A program made the position numbers and the translations under genes. 64,000 nucleotides of DNA from Camelus dromedarius. Taxonomy: Eukaryota. The DNA is taken from contig NC_087436.1 of assembly GCF_036321535.1 (NCBI RefSeq), forward strand, positions 117,306,001 through 117,370,000, read 5' to 3'. The first letter of the stretch is position 1; each line of letters opens with the position of its first letter. The notes under the pieces were generated by a model. It searched no databases, was not told where the DNA came from, and was given only the letters and a program-made list of their open reading frames with translations. This document shows, piece after piece, positions 11,308-24,635 of the stretch.

Positions 11308-11753
11308 TATGCTCATCAGGGTTCCCTGGAGGAGCAGAACCAATGGTATAAATATAGAGATTTATTATGAGGAATTGGCTCACATGCTTATGGAGGCTGA
11401 GAAACCCCACAAACTGCTCTCTCAAGATAGAGACCCAAGAAAGCTGGTGTTTTAATTCCAGCCCAAGTCCGAAGAGCTGTGAACCAGGAATAACAATGGT
11501 GTAAGTTTCAGTCTGAGGGCAGAAGAAGACCTATGTCTCAACTTAATCAGTCAGGTTGAGTGAATTCTCACCTCTTCTGTCCTTTTGTTCCATTCAGGCC
11601 TTCAGCAGGCTGAATGATGCCCATCCACATGAGGAGGGCAATCTGCTTTACAGCCTCCCAGTTCAGATGCTAATCTCATCCAGAAATAACATTTAAGCAA
11701 ATATCTGGGCACCCATGACCAATAATTCTTAACACATGAAATTAACTATCACA
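11308..11753 (-). mobile_element. MLT2 (C/D-type) 5' LTR of the ERV-L
   Basis: GAGATTTATTATGAGGAATTGGCTCAC...GGAGGCTGAGAA...AAATTAACTATCACA; followed on the - strand by GATTTTG..GTGGTTCTAGAG, typical of the ERV-L internal start. Confidence 0.88.
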
Positions 11754-13332
11754 GATAGTGAGTTCTTCACTACTCAAAGTCACAACCAAAGGTTGGGTGA
11801 TTACTTGTTTTGACTGTTGTTAAAAAATTTTTAAGTGTCAATTTGGAAAGAAGTTCTTCCAACTCTTATATGCTAGCATTGTTTGGGTGGAAACACTTGC
11901 AGCCTGCTGTTATACTGCATGCCTTGTGCTTTGGGTGTTTGCCTGCATTTGCCTCGAGAGTGAAACAAATTCAAAGTGCTCATCAGTAAATGATAGTGCA
12001 CTTGAATTAGCTTCAGTGTATTTGAAATTTGTATGTCACAGTAGCAGGAGTGGGGCCAGAGAAGAAAGGCTCTGGACCTAGCAACAGCACTGGAACCCCA
12101 TATCAGCCATAACCCCTTCAGTCTTTCTGATCATGCTTGATAAAGGCTGCCTTAGCCAAAACTGGAGTTCTGATTTTCCTTTTCTACAGAATATTCTTTC
12201 ATCACTGGGCCTCTCCTTCAGTTGATTGCCAACTCAGTGCACCATACCATCCAGCTGTGGTTTGGCTGAAAATTTTGGATCGTGTTGCCAATATGGAAAG
12301 AAAATGATATGAGGGTACAAAAAGTACCTGAGACCAAAAAAAAAAAAAAAAAAAAAAAGCCAAATAAAGCATAAAAAGAAATATTAGCTTTGGGTGCTTC
12401 CTTTCATTTGTAGACTTGAGTATTTAGTTACTACGTATTTATTGGGTACCTGTCATGGACCAGGCACCAGCTAGGTGCTGAGGATACATCGGTGAGCAAA
12501 GCCTTGCCTGCATTAGCTCATGTCTCCACAGGAGGCTGAAAATGATGGACACATAAACAGTAAAGTGTCATCGGCACTTGGAGAAGGAGCACACAGTGAT
12601 ATAGGAACATGCAAGAGGACCAGCTCATCTGGGGTTGGTCTGAGAGATGGGTATCAGGAAAGCCTTCCCCAAATAATGACAGAGACGGAATGGGAAACAA
12701 CAAGACCAGCAGGCAACAGGCCAGGAATCATTCTTATATGTTATGATATTTGAAAAATTAGTAGAACATTAAGTAAATTTCTGAAATAGAACAATGATGC
12801 CCATAATCTCATATGCTTCATTCTCTCCAGCACTGTTGTTTTAATTTTTATACATCTCTGTCCTTCTCTGTTCTATTATTTATCCTGCTGTAATCACAGA
12901 ATACATAAAACACAATTTATAACTATCTTGTTTCTTCTGTGTTTTCCACTTTATGTTAAATCAAATGCATCACCTCAATTTCAAAGCCTTTTGCTCATAA
13001 TCTAGTATCCACTGAACACATGTGCAGAGCTGTTCTGCATTTCAGATACTGGAGGATAATGGGGAGTGGTGAGTCAGAGAGACAGATATTTCCAAGAGCC
13101 CAGAGACACAAGCTCTAGCATTTTGCTCCAAGGTGCCAACCGTTTACAGCACCCTGCATCCATCATGGACCCTGAAGAAATCTACTCCAGTTAACAGACC
13201 GCCTGCCCTAATTCTTGTTGAGGTCTTAGGGGTGAGGCCCTAGTCTTACTATTTACCTCTTCTTTCATCTCCAAGACGTGGAGACTGACATTTTCTCTTT
13301 TCAAGTTCACGGAAAGAAAAGGAACTCATCCA

Positions 13333-13690
13333 GCTTCTGGTCCTGGTTAAGATGAAATAACCACACTCCTCCCTACTTCTGCCGCTGATTATAACTAACA
13401 ACCCTGAACAGGGTGCATAATACAAACATACAAGAGCTCTGAAAATAAACTACAGCAGCAAACTGATGAGAGAAATCAAAACTTGAAGGATAACCAATAT
13501 GGCAGTGAGATTTTTGCAGTTTCTCCTCTCATATCCCCTGGCATAGACTCCAGGACAGACAATTCCCAGAACTGCCCAATGAGCACCGACAGGAAAAGCT
13601 CCAAGGGACACCCTCCCAATCTGGCCAGAGGGACAGAAGTGGTGACCATGTGGGGACAAGAATGCAGTGTGAAAGAGTTGCCTTTAAAAG

Positions 13691-13734
<44 letters not shown>

Positions 13735-14810
13735 GCCTTGTTTTTGCACTGAGACAAGCCCCAGCCATGAAGCTGAACTCCTAGGAAGGTGGCAGAAAAT
13801 GGTAGCCACATAGACACCAAAAATCTAAGAAATATTTTTCTCTCTGATAAGAAGAGCTGGTAAAATGGGCCTCTGTGGGCTGAAGATTGTGGGGGATGCC
13901 TGTTATGTTTTCTTTCTTTTTTTTTTAATTAATGTTTTGCCCCAGATGCAAACCCAGTTGTGAAGATTTAACACAATGAGGAAGCTAAATCATTGCATTT
14001 CTAGCCAGAATACCAGAAGTGACAACTGGAAACTGAAGATTGCAGGGGAAATCATAGTGAAGAGCCAGCTGAAGAAAGGGGTGCCCTGAATCTATGTGTG
14101 AAGTCCTGGGCTCACCCCTGAACTCCATATCAGGAAACTGACTCCTGATCAGCTCCAAAACAGGAAGCAATATAGAAAAACTTTGAGAATTGAACTCCAA
14201 GATGGATCACCACATGGGTTCGGATAGCCCCTGGGTTGTGCACACACAGGGTGGACCCAAACAACACCACAAAGCCTTTGAAATTAAGCTGAAATTGGAG
14301 ACTGTCCTCAGAATGTAGATCAGGATTTGCAGGATGCACATAACTAGCTTGATTGCCTGCTTTAAAAAAAAAAAGTGTCCAGAAAGATTTAATAGGACAC
14401 ACAGCCTCATAGCATATTCAAAATATCCAAGATATAATTCAGAATTACTTGATATATGAAGAACTAGAAAACCTCAACAACTCTCAGGGAAATAAGTCAA
14501 CAGACGCCAACCTCAAAATGATCTAGAGGTTACAGCTCCTTTAAAGTAACTGTCAGAGTCATGCTCTGTGAGGTAAGGGAAAACACTCTTGAAATGAATG
14601 GAAAGATAGTTCTCAGCAGAAAAAATCAAAATGGCATCTAAAATTGAAAATTCAGAACTGAATAATGCAATAACAAATTTAAAATTAACTTTACAGCATG
14701 AGCATCAGGGTTGAGATGACAGAGGGAAGGAACAGCGAACTTACAGAAAGATCAATAGAAGTTACTCAATCCAAACAACAGAGGGGAAAGAGTGAAAACA
14801 TGAACAACAT
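13333..14810 (+). mobile_element. Ancient L1 (L1M-type) 5'UTR and ORF1 remnant
   Basis: CTTCTGGT...AAGATG start, A-rich ORF1-like decay, AAGATCAATAGAAGTTACTCAATCCAAACAACAGAG motif. Confidence 0.6.
13695..13732. repeat. (AC)19 microsatellite
   Basis: Direct reading. Confidence 0.95.
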
Positions 14811-15138
14811 CAAGTATTGGCAAGTCAAAACTCCCACACATCACTAGTGGGAATGAACACACAGGAACAGTCACTCTGGAATGGCCATCAAATTACCATC
14901 TCTGTCACTGACCGTGGCTCTACTGGAGAAAACGTCTAAGGCACGTTTCCTAATAGTGAGTCCCTGAGTTGTACCTGTGCACCAAGCCCTGCGGGCTTCT
15001 CACCACCCTCCACCCCCACACACACTCACACATCCTCTCTCAAGCATACTTACGGGGCCAGGGCATTCACACCTGAGGGACTGAGAGTGTGTAGGGCATG
15101 GGGCAGGTCAATTCCCGAGACAGAGAACATAGTGACGC

Positions 15139-15522
15139 TGATAAGGATTCCTCCTCAGACAAACTTCCTCCTCTGAGCTCTCTTCTGGACTAGACCTTGT
15201 CCTTGGCCTGCTGACCCAGCTTTTAGCAACAATCCTGCTAAGCCAGTTTAGTGAGAATACCCCCAAACTGTGACATCTAATCAAGGTCCTCTTCCTCTAC
15301 CCTTGATATCCAATCAAGCTCCTGTCTCCCCTGCTCTTGGAAATTTCCATCTACTGACTCCCTCACCCTGCCCACTGGCTATAAATCTCCAGCTGCCCCT
15401 ATTTTATTCAAGCTGAGCTCAATCTCTCGCCTCTATTCAATAGTCTTAACCGCTACTGCAATAGTCTTAAATAATGTTTTCCTTGTCTGCTAAACTCCAT
15501 CTGGCGCAATTTTCCTTTAACA
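15139..15522 (+). mobile_element. ERV1 solo LTR, MER31-like
   Basis: TG...CA termini; CCTCTGAGCTCTCTTCT..ACTAG, TTTTAGCAACAATCCTGCTAAGCCAGTTTAG, TATA box GGCTATAAAT, TAAATAAT near the 3' end. Confidence 0.75.
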
Positions 15523-16436
15523 AGACTCACAGCTTTAAACCCATATGTTTAATTCAATTAGAAAAGTTGAACCAGTGACTGTCAGATTCCTCATCTCCTC
15601 AGTCCAAGAAAACCAGTTCTCCTCCCTTTGGGAAGGAGTGGGTGATAGAAGTTCCTGTTTAAGAGACTCAGGAAGAAAAAGATAATGACTGGCCCCACAT
15701 ACAGTGTCAGGTGGAAATGAAAGTCCTGCAAAGGATACCTTCTCAGTACAGCTAGAGCCATTCATAGTCCAGCTTCCTTCTCTGGAGTGCAGACCGGAAG
15801 GGGAATGCAAGGTGCTGGGCCTCTGGATTATGAGGTGGCCCTAAAGCTTGGGAAACTTCATAAGTAACACAGCACTGGAAGGCTGCCACCCAAAGAAAGT
15901 CTGCAGCCAGGTATTCACTGGTCAGTCCATCTGCCAATCACCAGCAAGCAAGGAAGGCGAGGCAAAGCCAGTGATTGGCCAGGCTTGGTTCTCCACAGCA
16001 GGGACTGACTCTGCTCTTACAGCCTGGCTAGAGTCACCCATGGGCCCTTGAGAGATGAGGGAGCTGAAATTATCAAGAAGCACAGGACTTAGTGGAACAA
16101 AAAATCTCCCTGCTTTTTATTGACTAGTGAGACTGAGGTCAAGATATTTGCACTGAGCATTAGGGGTATTTTCCTTACAGTGAGGGTTCACTCATTTAGA
16201 AAGAGGTCACAGGGTGGGCATCCCATCCTAAATGTTCACAGGCACAAGGGTACTTGTACTAAAGTGACTATGTGAGTGAGTATGCTTGTGTCTGTGTTTT
16301 AAACATATTCGAACTGCTCCAGGAGAGAAGGGGCCCTGTCTGTTTGACTCTACACTGTTTGCAGCTGACATAGTATCTGACACACAGCAAGGGCACAATA
16401 AGTATAGGTTGAATGAATAAATGAATGAATGGGTAG

Positions 16437-16982
16437 CGTAATAGGCAGAAAAATAACCCCTAAGGACACGCAGGGTCTAATCCCCAGAACCTGTGAATAT
16501 GTTACCTTGCAGGCAAAAGAGGCTTCGCTGGCATATGCTTTCGCATTATTGCTTATGGTGTGGTTAAGTCAGGGGGGGTTGAGGTGGGGAGATTAGCATA
16601 GATTGTACAGGCAGATCCAGTGTGATCACGATGGTCCTTATAAAAGGGAGGCAGGAGCGTCAGAGTGAGAAAAGAGATGTGATGGTGAAAGCAGAGAGTG
16701 GAGAGAGACAGGGAGAAAGAGAGAGAGAAAAAAGAGAGAGAGCAAGAGACTTGAAAATGCTACACTATTGGCTTTGAAGATGGAGGAAGGAGTCCAGGCG
16801 CCTCTAGAAGTTAGAAAAGGAAAGGAAACTGATTCTCTCCTACAGACGCAAAGGAATGTGCCCCCGCCAACATAATGATTTTATGATTTCTGACCTCCAG
16901 AACAACAAGATAATAAATTCGTGTTGTTTTAAGGCACTGATTTTGCAGCAAATTTTTACAGCAGCAATAGGAACCTAATACA
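16437..16982 (+). mobile_element. MaLR solo LTR, MLT1D-like
   Basis: TAATCCCCAGAACCTGTGAATATGTTACCTT, GGTCCTTATAAAAGGGAGGCAG, GGCTTTGAAGATGGAGGAAGG; ends AGCAATAGGAACCTAATACA. Confidence 0.85.
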
Positions 16983-18070
16983 GATCACTGAGAGCAGTTG
17001 TCTCTACAATGAGATAAGCACAGCACAAGATGATCCTTTGGGATCTGAGAAGAAAACATTAAAAAGCCTTTATATTCACCTTCTATTTTGAAGTAGATGT
17101 TACTGGACTTACTTTACATGATTCAAACACCATCCCAGACCCAGACTGGCCATTACTTAGATTGCGCATCTTGACTGCTCTCCTCACAAATGTTTTGAAG
17201 AACTTCTCTCTCCCTCTTCTCAAAAATTCGAGATTCCTGACTTTCAAGCTCACATTTATAACACCATTTAGTCTATTTTTGGTACACAGTAGGCACCAGA
17301 AAGACTGTCTTTATTAGAAGGAGTAGCAAATAAAAAGTATAGATGCAGCCATAAAGGAGACCTGGCCACCCACCTTAGACCATGATGTTGAAGGTCACAC
17401 CCTGAGGATACAGGGCAGTGAGCAGTAAGGAGCCCAGGTCTGGACTTCATGAAGCAGAGCTGCTATAACAGCCCTGAGCTGCCTAGCAATATCCTTTTCT
17501 TGTGAGAGTCAAAGCTACTCTTATTTTGTTTGGGTTTTCTCTTCCTCATGACTAAACCTAAACTCAATTCATACGGGTCGTGACAGGAAAGAGCCCAAGG
17601 CAAATAAGACTATATGAAGCAAAACCAATTATTTAGACACTCAGCAAGTCGCTTCTCTAGGGCACAGGTGCCTCTGGGTTCAGGGAGCTTGGATTCATAT
17701 TCATGCTATCTAGTTACAGCAGCTTTGCGGTCGTCTTGGAGCTGTCTGTGGTGCTGACCTGGGTTTTCTGCCTACCAATACTAATTTCGCTTCTTTTCAA
17801 GTTTGCAAAATACTTTCACATTATTGCTTATGATGCTAGAGATAACTTGTGAGGTAAATATTATTGGACTCACTTCATTTGATCCAAACCCTGTTCTTCC
17901 AGCTCCAAATCCAGCCAAATTTAGTGTTCCTATCACAGCACTACAGGCCCTCAGAAATGTGGCCCCAGCTCCTTGTCCTGGGAACGATGACTCTGATATG
18001 TGTTCCTACCCTTGTGTACCATACCTATGTGTTGATCCCCCCCACTGTGACAACCTGATGCCTACTGACC

Positions 18071-18524
18071 TATAGTGGATGTTTCATTAACAGCTCCGAT
18101 GAATACTTCCTGGTATGCATGCTCTTACATAATCTTCTACTGCATTGAGTCTGAACTTAGCCATGCAATTTTCTTTGGCCACTGAGACATCCAAAAATAT
18201 GACACAAAACAGAGACTTGATAAGCACTTGTGCTCAAGGGCTTTCCCTCTTAGAGTGCTAATGTCATCATGTGTGGAAGCCCAGTCTAGCCTTCTTGAGG
18301 ATGAAAGACCATATAAAGAGAGAGGCCCAGCTGTCCCCGCTGTCCCGGCTAAGCCCAGATCCAGTGACCCCCCAGCTGAATGTAGCTGTATGAATGAGTC
18401 CAAGAGAAAACAGCAGTAGAAAATCACCAAACCAAGCACAGAATCACAAGAAATAACAAATTACTGTTGCTTTAAGCTGCCAGTTTTGGCATGGTTTGTC
18501 AAACAGCAATAGATAGCTGGTACA
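18071..18524 (+). mobile_element. MaLR solo LTR (MLT1G/H-like)
   Basis: AAGCCCAGTCTAGCC..GAGGATGAAAGACCA; ends TTTAAGC...GGTTTGT..ACAGCAATAGATAGCTGGTACA. Confidence 0.75.
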
Positions 18525-19416
18525 GATCCATTATTTTTGGTTACATCTTCTTATTATTCACTTAGTTATTTAGTACTGATTAGGTTCCAGACCCCCCCCC
18601 CCCCAAAATACAAGAATTAACATTTTCTGGAGTAATGTCTCATTCATTCTCCCCTGCCCCCCAAAACATTACCTATACACCTGTCCTAGGTAATGGGGAT
18701 ACAAAAATCAATCTCTACCTTCAAAATATTGAGAAAATTTTAGAGAATACCACACCATCCTTCCTCTAGAACTCCATCTATGATTCCCCAGTCTTGGCTG
18801 GGTTCTGTCCCTTTGATTCCCACAGAGGCCTGTGTTCATCTTTATTGAGGAATATATCACTCCATGAGAATTGGGGTGATCTTTTACTACTTGAATGTCT
18901 CCCCTACTAGACTCTGAGGTCCTACAAGAAAATGACTGATTCACCTCAGGACCCCATATTCTTGGTAAGTGTTCACTACATATTGACTGAACAAATAAAT
19001 GCCGTGACGTAGATATAAAGAGGATGTGATGGGAGCCCTGAGGACAGAGTGACTGTGGCTCGGGGTGATTAGGACAGACGTTTTAGCATCAAGTGGTTAC
19101 AAATGAGCTGCATCTCAGATGAGGATTAGGATTCCATCAGATTGAGAAGAGACAGGGGAGGAATATGAGACCAAAAGGCATGGAAATAACAAGTAACAAG
19201 TAAATGCCATATTCAAAGAATAGTGAACTACTGGTGTGGCCAAATATGGTTCCTATCAGGGTAAAATTGGGAGATAAAGCTGGTCCGTGGTTTTGGTCTG
19301 GATTGAAAAATCATGAGTGTGGAACCAACACCACTTCCTACGTATGCCTGGGACCAGCCCTCCCACAGCTTCCACCTCTGGCTGGACCTAGGGCTATGCA
19401 GAAAACACCCTATTCT

Positions 19417-19571
19417 TTATTTTTTTTTTTTAAGAATACGTTTCTTTCTTTATTTTGGGGGTGTGGGAGGTAATTAAGTTTGTTTGTTTATTTAATGGAG
19501 GTAGTAGGGATTGAACCCATGACCTCGAGCATGCTGAGCATGCGCTCTACCACTGAGCTAAACCCTCCTCC
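19417..19571 (-). mobile_element. tRNA-derived SINE (camelid vic-1-like), second copy
   Basis: The - strand head reads TAGCTCAGTGGTAGAGCGCATGCT...GGGTTCAATCCC; 16-bp TSD with 1 mismatch at 19401-19416 and 19572-19587. Confidence 0.88.
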
Positions 19572-20619
19572 GAAAACACCTTATTCTGATACTACTTCTT
19601 GCGTGAATAAATGATGAGACTCAGGGATGTCAGATGGTTATAATCAGACTTCTCATTCTGCTTCCACTAAACATTCCTTAGCTGGTTGTGCACCCAAAGG
19701 ACGGAGGTCGGGTTGCGTGATAGGGACTCAGTGGCTGCTCACAGTTTCAGACATTTGCTGTAATTTACACTAAGATGTGGATGTAATTATCCTTATCAGA
19801 ATCACTTCCCTTGCCACATTTGTATGTTAAATCAAGTAAATTTCCTCTTATTAAATCACGGCATTTGGGACTGCAGTTTATCTTAGCCAAGAACTAGAGC
19901 TTGGAAGTAATAAAGGCAAAGGGAAAAAAAAAAAAAAAAAAAACCCTGTATTCTCAGCAGGAAGTGCGGGTGCTGAAGACAGAGGCAGTATTTCAGAAGT
20001 GTGTTGGAATCCCAAGCCTCCAGCAGTTCCACGACTACATGCCTCTTGAATTTAGAGCAGGCTTGTCTCAGCTACTCACTGCCCCACTATTTGGCAAACT
20101 GAGAATGTTGCATTCCAAGGAAGATTTAGAAGTGAAAAAAGAAAGTCTAAGAGGAGGAAATTTCAGTGATGGGCTCAGATACTTCAGAAATGGGCTTGTA
20201 ATTTCATCCCGTTAAAAAATAAATGTTTTTATGCTGGAACGATGTTAGGTGTTTCCACACACGGCCCCCCGGGTCTCCCCACAAGACTAGGGGGCAGATT
20301 GTGTGTGTTCAGAATGGCCATTTCTTTTTCTCCTTGGAATTTAAGGCAATTCTAATTAACTAGCCTGAAGTGGAGATTAAGGCACTAGATACGTCACATT
20401 ACCTGCTAAATCTCCAGCAGGAATCACAGTCCCTTGAGCATAGTAAACAAAATATAGAGAGCTGGCAAATGAATACACTAATTGTGAACGAGATCATTTT
20501 TTAAAATCAGGGAATTTTGACTGACACGGGAACTAACTTTAAGGAACTGGAAGTCATTAAGCCAATAAAATTTGGCTGAAAACTAACTGCATAGATTAAC
20601 ACACCCAGCCAATGACTGC

Positions 20620-21640
20620 GTATCAGTTAGCACTCGTTAAGATGCAGGTGACAGAATCCTAACTCATACTAACTTACAAATTAAAAGAACTTCTTTATTT
20701 GCTTAACTAGGAAGTCTGATAAGGCAGCCAGTTTAAGTTTTGGCTGGATTCAGAAGCTCAAATATTATCATTTACGGTTTCGACTCTGTCTCTGTCATCT
20801 CTCAGTTCTGCTCATCTCTACTTGGCTTTCTCTTCTTGAGATTCTCAGTATAGCAGCCTCCTGTAGACCCAGCAGTGCACCTTCTCAGATTGGCCCCCCA
20901 GTGGAGAACTTCTCTCTCCCAGTGTATCAGTTATCTATTGCTGTGGAAAAAGATACCCCCAAAACTTTGTGGCTTAAAAGAACAACCATTTTTCTGCTCA
21001 CAATTCTGTGGGTCAGCAGTTCAGGCAAGGCTCAGCTGGGCAATTCTTTGGCTCCATATGGTATCTTCTGGATCCAATCAGTCATCTGTGGTCAGGCAGT
21101 GTCATCAGGAGGCTGGTTGGTCTCAGATGGCCTGATTCACATGTCTGGGAACTCAACTGGGAGGAGCTAGAAAACCTAGGAGGTCTGGGCTTCTCTCTTT
21201 CTACATGGAGTGTTTCAATCTCAAAGAAGCTCCAGCCTGGATTGCTCACAAGGCAGCAGAATTCTCAGAGTGAGAACAGAATCTGCAAAGCCTCTAGAAG
21301 CTGAGGCTCAGAGCTCAGGCAACATCTCTTCAACTGATCACACCAAGTCGTGGGACCAGCCCAGATTCAAAGGGAGGGGAAATAGACTCCACCACCCAAT
21401 GATAGGTACCTAAAGTCACATTGCAAAGGAGCGTGTAGGATGGGAGGGGTTATCGTGGCCAGCTTTTCAGTCTCCCTTCCCCCAATATCCAGGCATCAAC
21501 CTCATGAAGATTCTGATTCCCCTATTCAGGTCACATATATGTGCCTGAGTCAATCACTGTGGCCAGGGCAGGTTGAGTTGCTCATACACTCAACCCAAAA
21601 GTGGTGGGCAGGGCAGAGGACCAGTCTAATTGACAACTCT
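20620..21640 (-). mobile_element. Nested MaLR LTRs: an MLT1H/I-like LTR (about 20923-21480) inside an older MLT1K/L-like LTR
   Basis: Two antisense MLT1 3' termini (GTATCAGTTAG..GATGCAGGTGACAGAA at about 20620; TGTATCAGTTATCTATTGCTG..GTGGCTTAAAAGAACAA at 20923). Confidence 0.6.
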
Positions 21641-22688
21641 CCCAGAACCAGTTAAGATCAAGGAGGGAGAATCAAGAAAACGAGAAGGAGATGGGAAATT
21701 GTGTTCAGAAGACAAAACTAAGGCTGGCAGAGTCCAAGGCAGGTTCTGTCCATCACGCGGGGATGATGATCACCTGTGCAAGCCCGAAAACAAAGCTTGC
21801 AGTATAACAGGGAGAGGCCACTGGTCTCCTCAAAGACGAGGATGCCCTGACTTATAGATGCAACCTGTCCAATCGCTCCTGATTCTGGCAATGAATGCAT
21901 AGTTCTCAAAGCCAGATGCCAGAAATGACAAACATTTATATCAATTAACTCATGCCCCTTTTTCTCATTCCACAATGCCCTGGTAGGCTTCTCATTACAA
22001 TTTGGCTTCCAGCAAACTGGTGAAACCAATTTGAGCTCAGGGTTTTCCAAAAAATCTTCTTTTTCACAGCAAAAATTAGTAAATTATCATGGCTGGTTTA
22101 TATATTAGTCTCTTGTGAGACTAGTAGGAATGAGTCATCCCCCAGTTCAACTTCTCAGCTACAAGAAGATTTCATCTTTAAGGCTAAAAGCCAGATCATG
22201 GTGAGTTTGCAAAAATTTTATCCTTTGATGCATCTCCCTGAAGCCTCCTTGGAAATGCCTGACTTCAGCCTGTATCTCCAGGTATTATTGTCCCCACTTT
22301 AGCACAGAAGAAAATTAGGCTTAGAAAAGCAACTTGTCCAAGGTCACAAAGCTTGCCACCATCACCCATAAGATGACTCCTCACCACTCTTACTGTGCCC
22401 CCTACTATGTGTCTGGCTGTGTTCCAGATGCTGGGGATATGAGGGTAAAAAAAAATTTCCGGCTATAATGAAGCTGACACTCAAGAAGAGGGAGATGGAA
22501 AATAAACACATAGGCCATAAAAACTAATCAAATGTTAATAAATACAGTGCAAATAATTAGAAGATGGTGATGTGCTAGGAGGTGCCTGGGTTGTGACTTC
22601 AGATTGGATGGCTAGAGAATGAGAACACAAGAACAGCATCGAACTTACTCATGGATCTCTAGTACCCACCTGTAAAATAGGTTGGCTG

Positions 22689-23373
22689 ACTATAGAAATA
22701 GTGGAGATTCCTTAAAAAACTAAAAATAGACTTACCATATGATCCAGCAATCCCACTTATGGGCATATATCTGGAGAAAACTCTAATTCAAAAAGATATA
22801 TGCATCCCAATGTTCATAGCAATACCATTTACAATAGCCAAGACATGGAAGCCACCTAAATGTCTATCGACAGATAACTGGATAAAGAAGATGTGGTGTA
22901 TAAATACAGTGGAATACTACTCGGCCATAAAAAAGAATAAAATAATGACATTGTCAGCAACATGGATGGACCTAGAGATTATCACAGTAAGTGAAGTAAA
23001 TCATTCAGAGAAAGACAAATTTCATATGATATCACTTACATGTGGAATCTTAAAATTGATACAAATGAACTTGTTTACAAAACAGAAAGAGACTCACAGA
23101 CATAGAAAACAAACTTATAGTTATCAAAGGGTAAGGCAGAGGAGGGCTAAATTAGGAGTTTGGAATTAGCAGATACAAACTACTATATATAAAATACATA
23201 AACAACAAGGTTCTATTGCATAATACAAGGAACTACAATCAATATCTTGTAATAACCTATAATGAAAAAGAATATATATATATATATATATATATAACTG
23301 AATCACTGTGCTGTACACCAGAAACTAACACAAAATTGTATATCAACTAAACTTCAATAAAAAATTAAAAATT
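22689..23373 (+). mobile_element. 5'-truncated L1 (ORF2 C-terminus plus 3'UTR with internal (TA)n)
   Basis: Translation PMFIA..FTIAKTWKPPKC..DNWIKKMW..EYYSAIKKN; AATAAA and A tail; 15-bp TSD with 2 mismatches at 22674-22688 and 23374-23388. Confidence 0.92.
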
Positions 23374-24584
23374 AAAATGGGTAGGCTGGACACAGTTCCC
23401 TCTAGAGTGCCACCATGAACAAGTCTAAGATGGGGAGAACTGGTTTAGCAACACATCACGTGGATGAAGGGCATGGTGGGGTGGACATGGTAGTGCTGGG
23501 GAGGTTGGGCTCAGGGAAAGTAATCGGCACCAGTAGCAGGATCCATAATGTACTGAGCTGTGCTGGATGCCTGGGATGATTTCTCTCTAATCTTCATGAC
23601 AGCCCTGCCAGTTCAGATATTTGTCTCAACATTTAACCACCAAGGTTGAAGAATTTATCCCAGCAGAGGTTGGAAGAGGTCAGGTCACGGAGAGCCCTGC
23701 AGGCCAGGCTGAAGGGTGGTTTGGAATTTTCTCTGCTGCCTGCTGCCTCTCTGCAGCCCTCCCCCCATTCTTCCTCCTCTGCCATGCCCACTCTGCTCCC
23801 TTCTCTCTGTCGCAGTGCGCACAGGAGACCCTCCCTGCTCGGAACCATCTCTTCCCAGTGGTCAGTAGAGTGTTTTCTGTTTGCGTGGGAGAGGCATCTG
23901 GCTGCCCACTGCCAACCTTAATCCCTCCAACCCCCAGATGCTCCCCAGCCTCTGAGCCCAGCACCAGTGCTCCCACAAACCTCAGCATCTGAGCCTGGGG
24001 AAGGCAGGATGTGATGCCCAGGGACTTCTGACCCACCCACCCTGCCCTCACCACTCTATACTATTTGATAGAAAATTAGTCTGACGTCTGGGACACCTGC
24101 CCAAGATTTCCCAGATGATGAGCAAAGAAGTTGTATTTGAGCCTAAATACGCTAAATCCTAGACTAATGTTCATTTTACCACGCCACATCATATCAGAAA
24201 AACGAATGGATTTTCCCAAATAGGGTAATTTAGAATCATCTTCAAAATGACGCACACAGACCCGGCCTCTTTTCTTCTCAGTTACATCACAGGCCTTCCA
24301 AGAAAGAACAGTTGGCCCAAACATAAATGCTTCCACCTCCAGGGCTTCAGTGAGAGCCCAGTGTCTAATACAAGAAGGAAGCAGTGCCGGCCAGGGCTCT
24401 TCCAAGCCAGGGCCATCCTGTGGCCCCTTCTTTTGTGTGAATGGCACCCCTGGGGCTGTGCAGGGCAGCCTTGACCCCAAGTCCAAATAAGACCGAAGGG
24501 AGAGGCTCCCAAGCCAAGAGACAGTGTTTCCTCCAGGGCTCACACTGCTGTTCACCTTATAAATGTGTTTTAAAAGGGCTCCAC

Positions 24585-24635
24585 GCTGGAAATTGACACA
24601 ACATTGTAAACTCACTATAACTCAATTTAAAAAAA
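24585..24635 (+). mobile_element. Very short L1 3' tip
   Basis: CTGGAAATTGACACAACATTGTAAACTCACTATAACTCAAT plus an A tract; same motif as the 5557-5744 copy. Confidence 0.65.
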
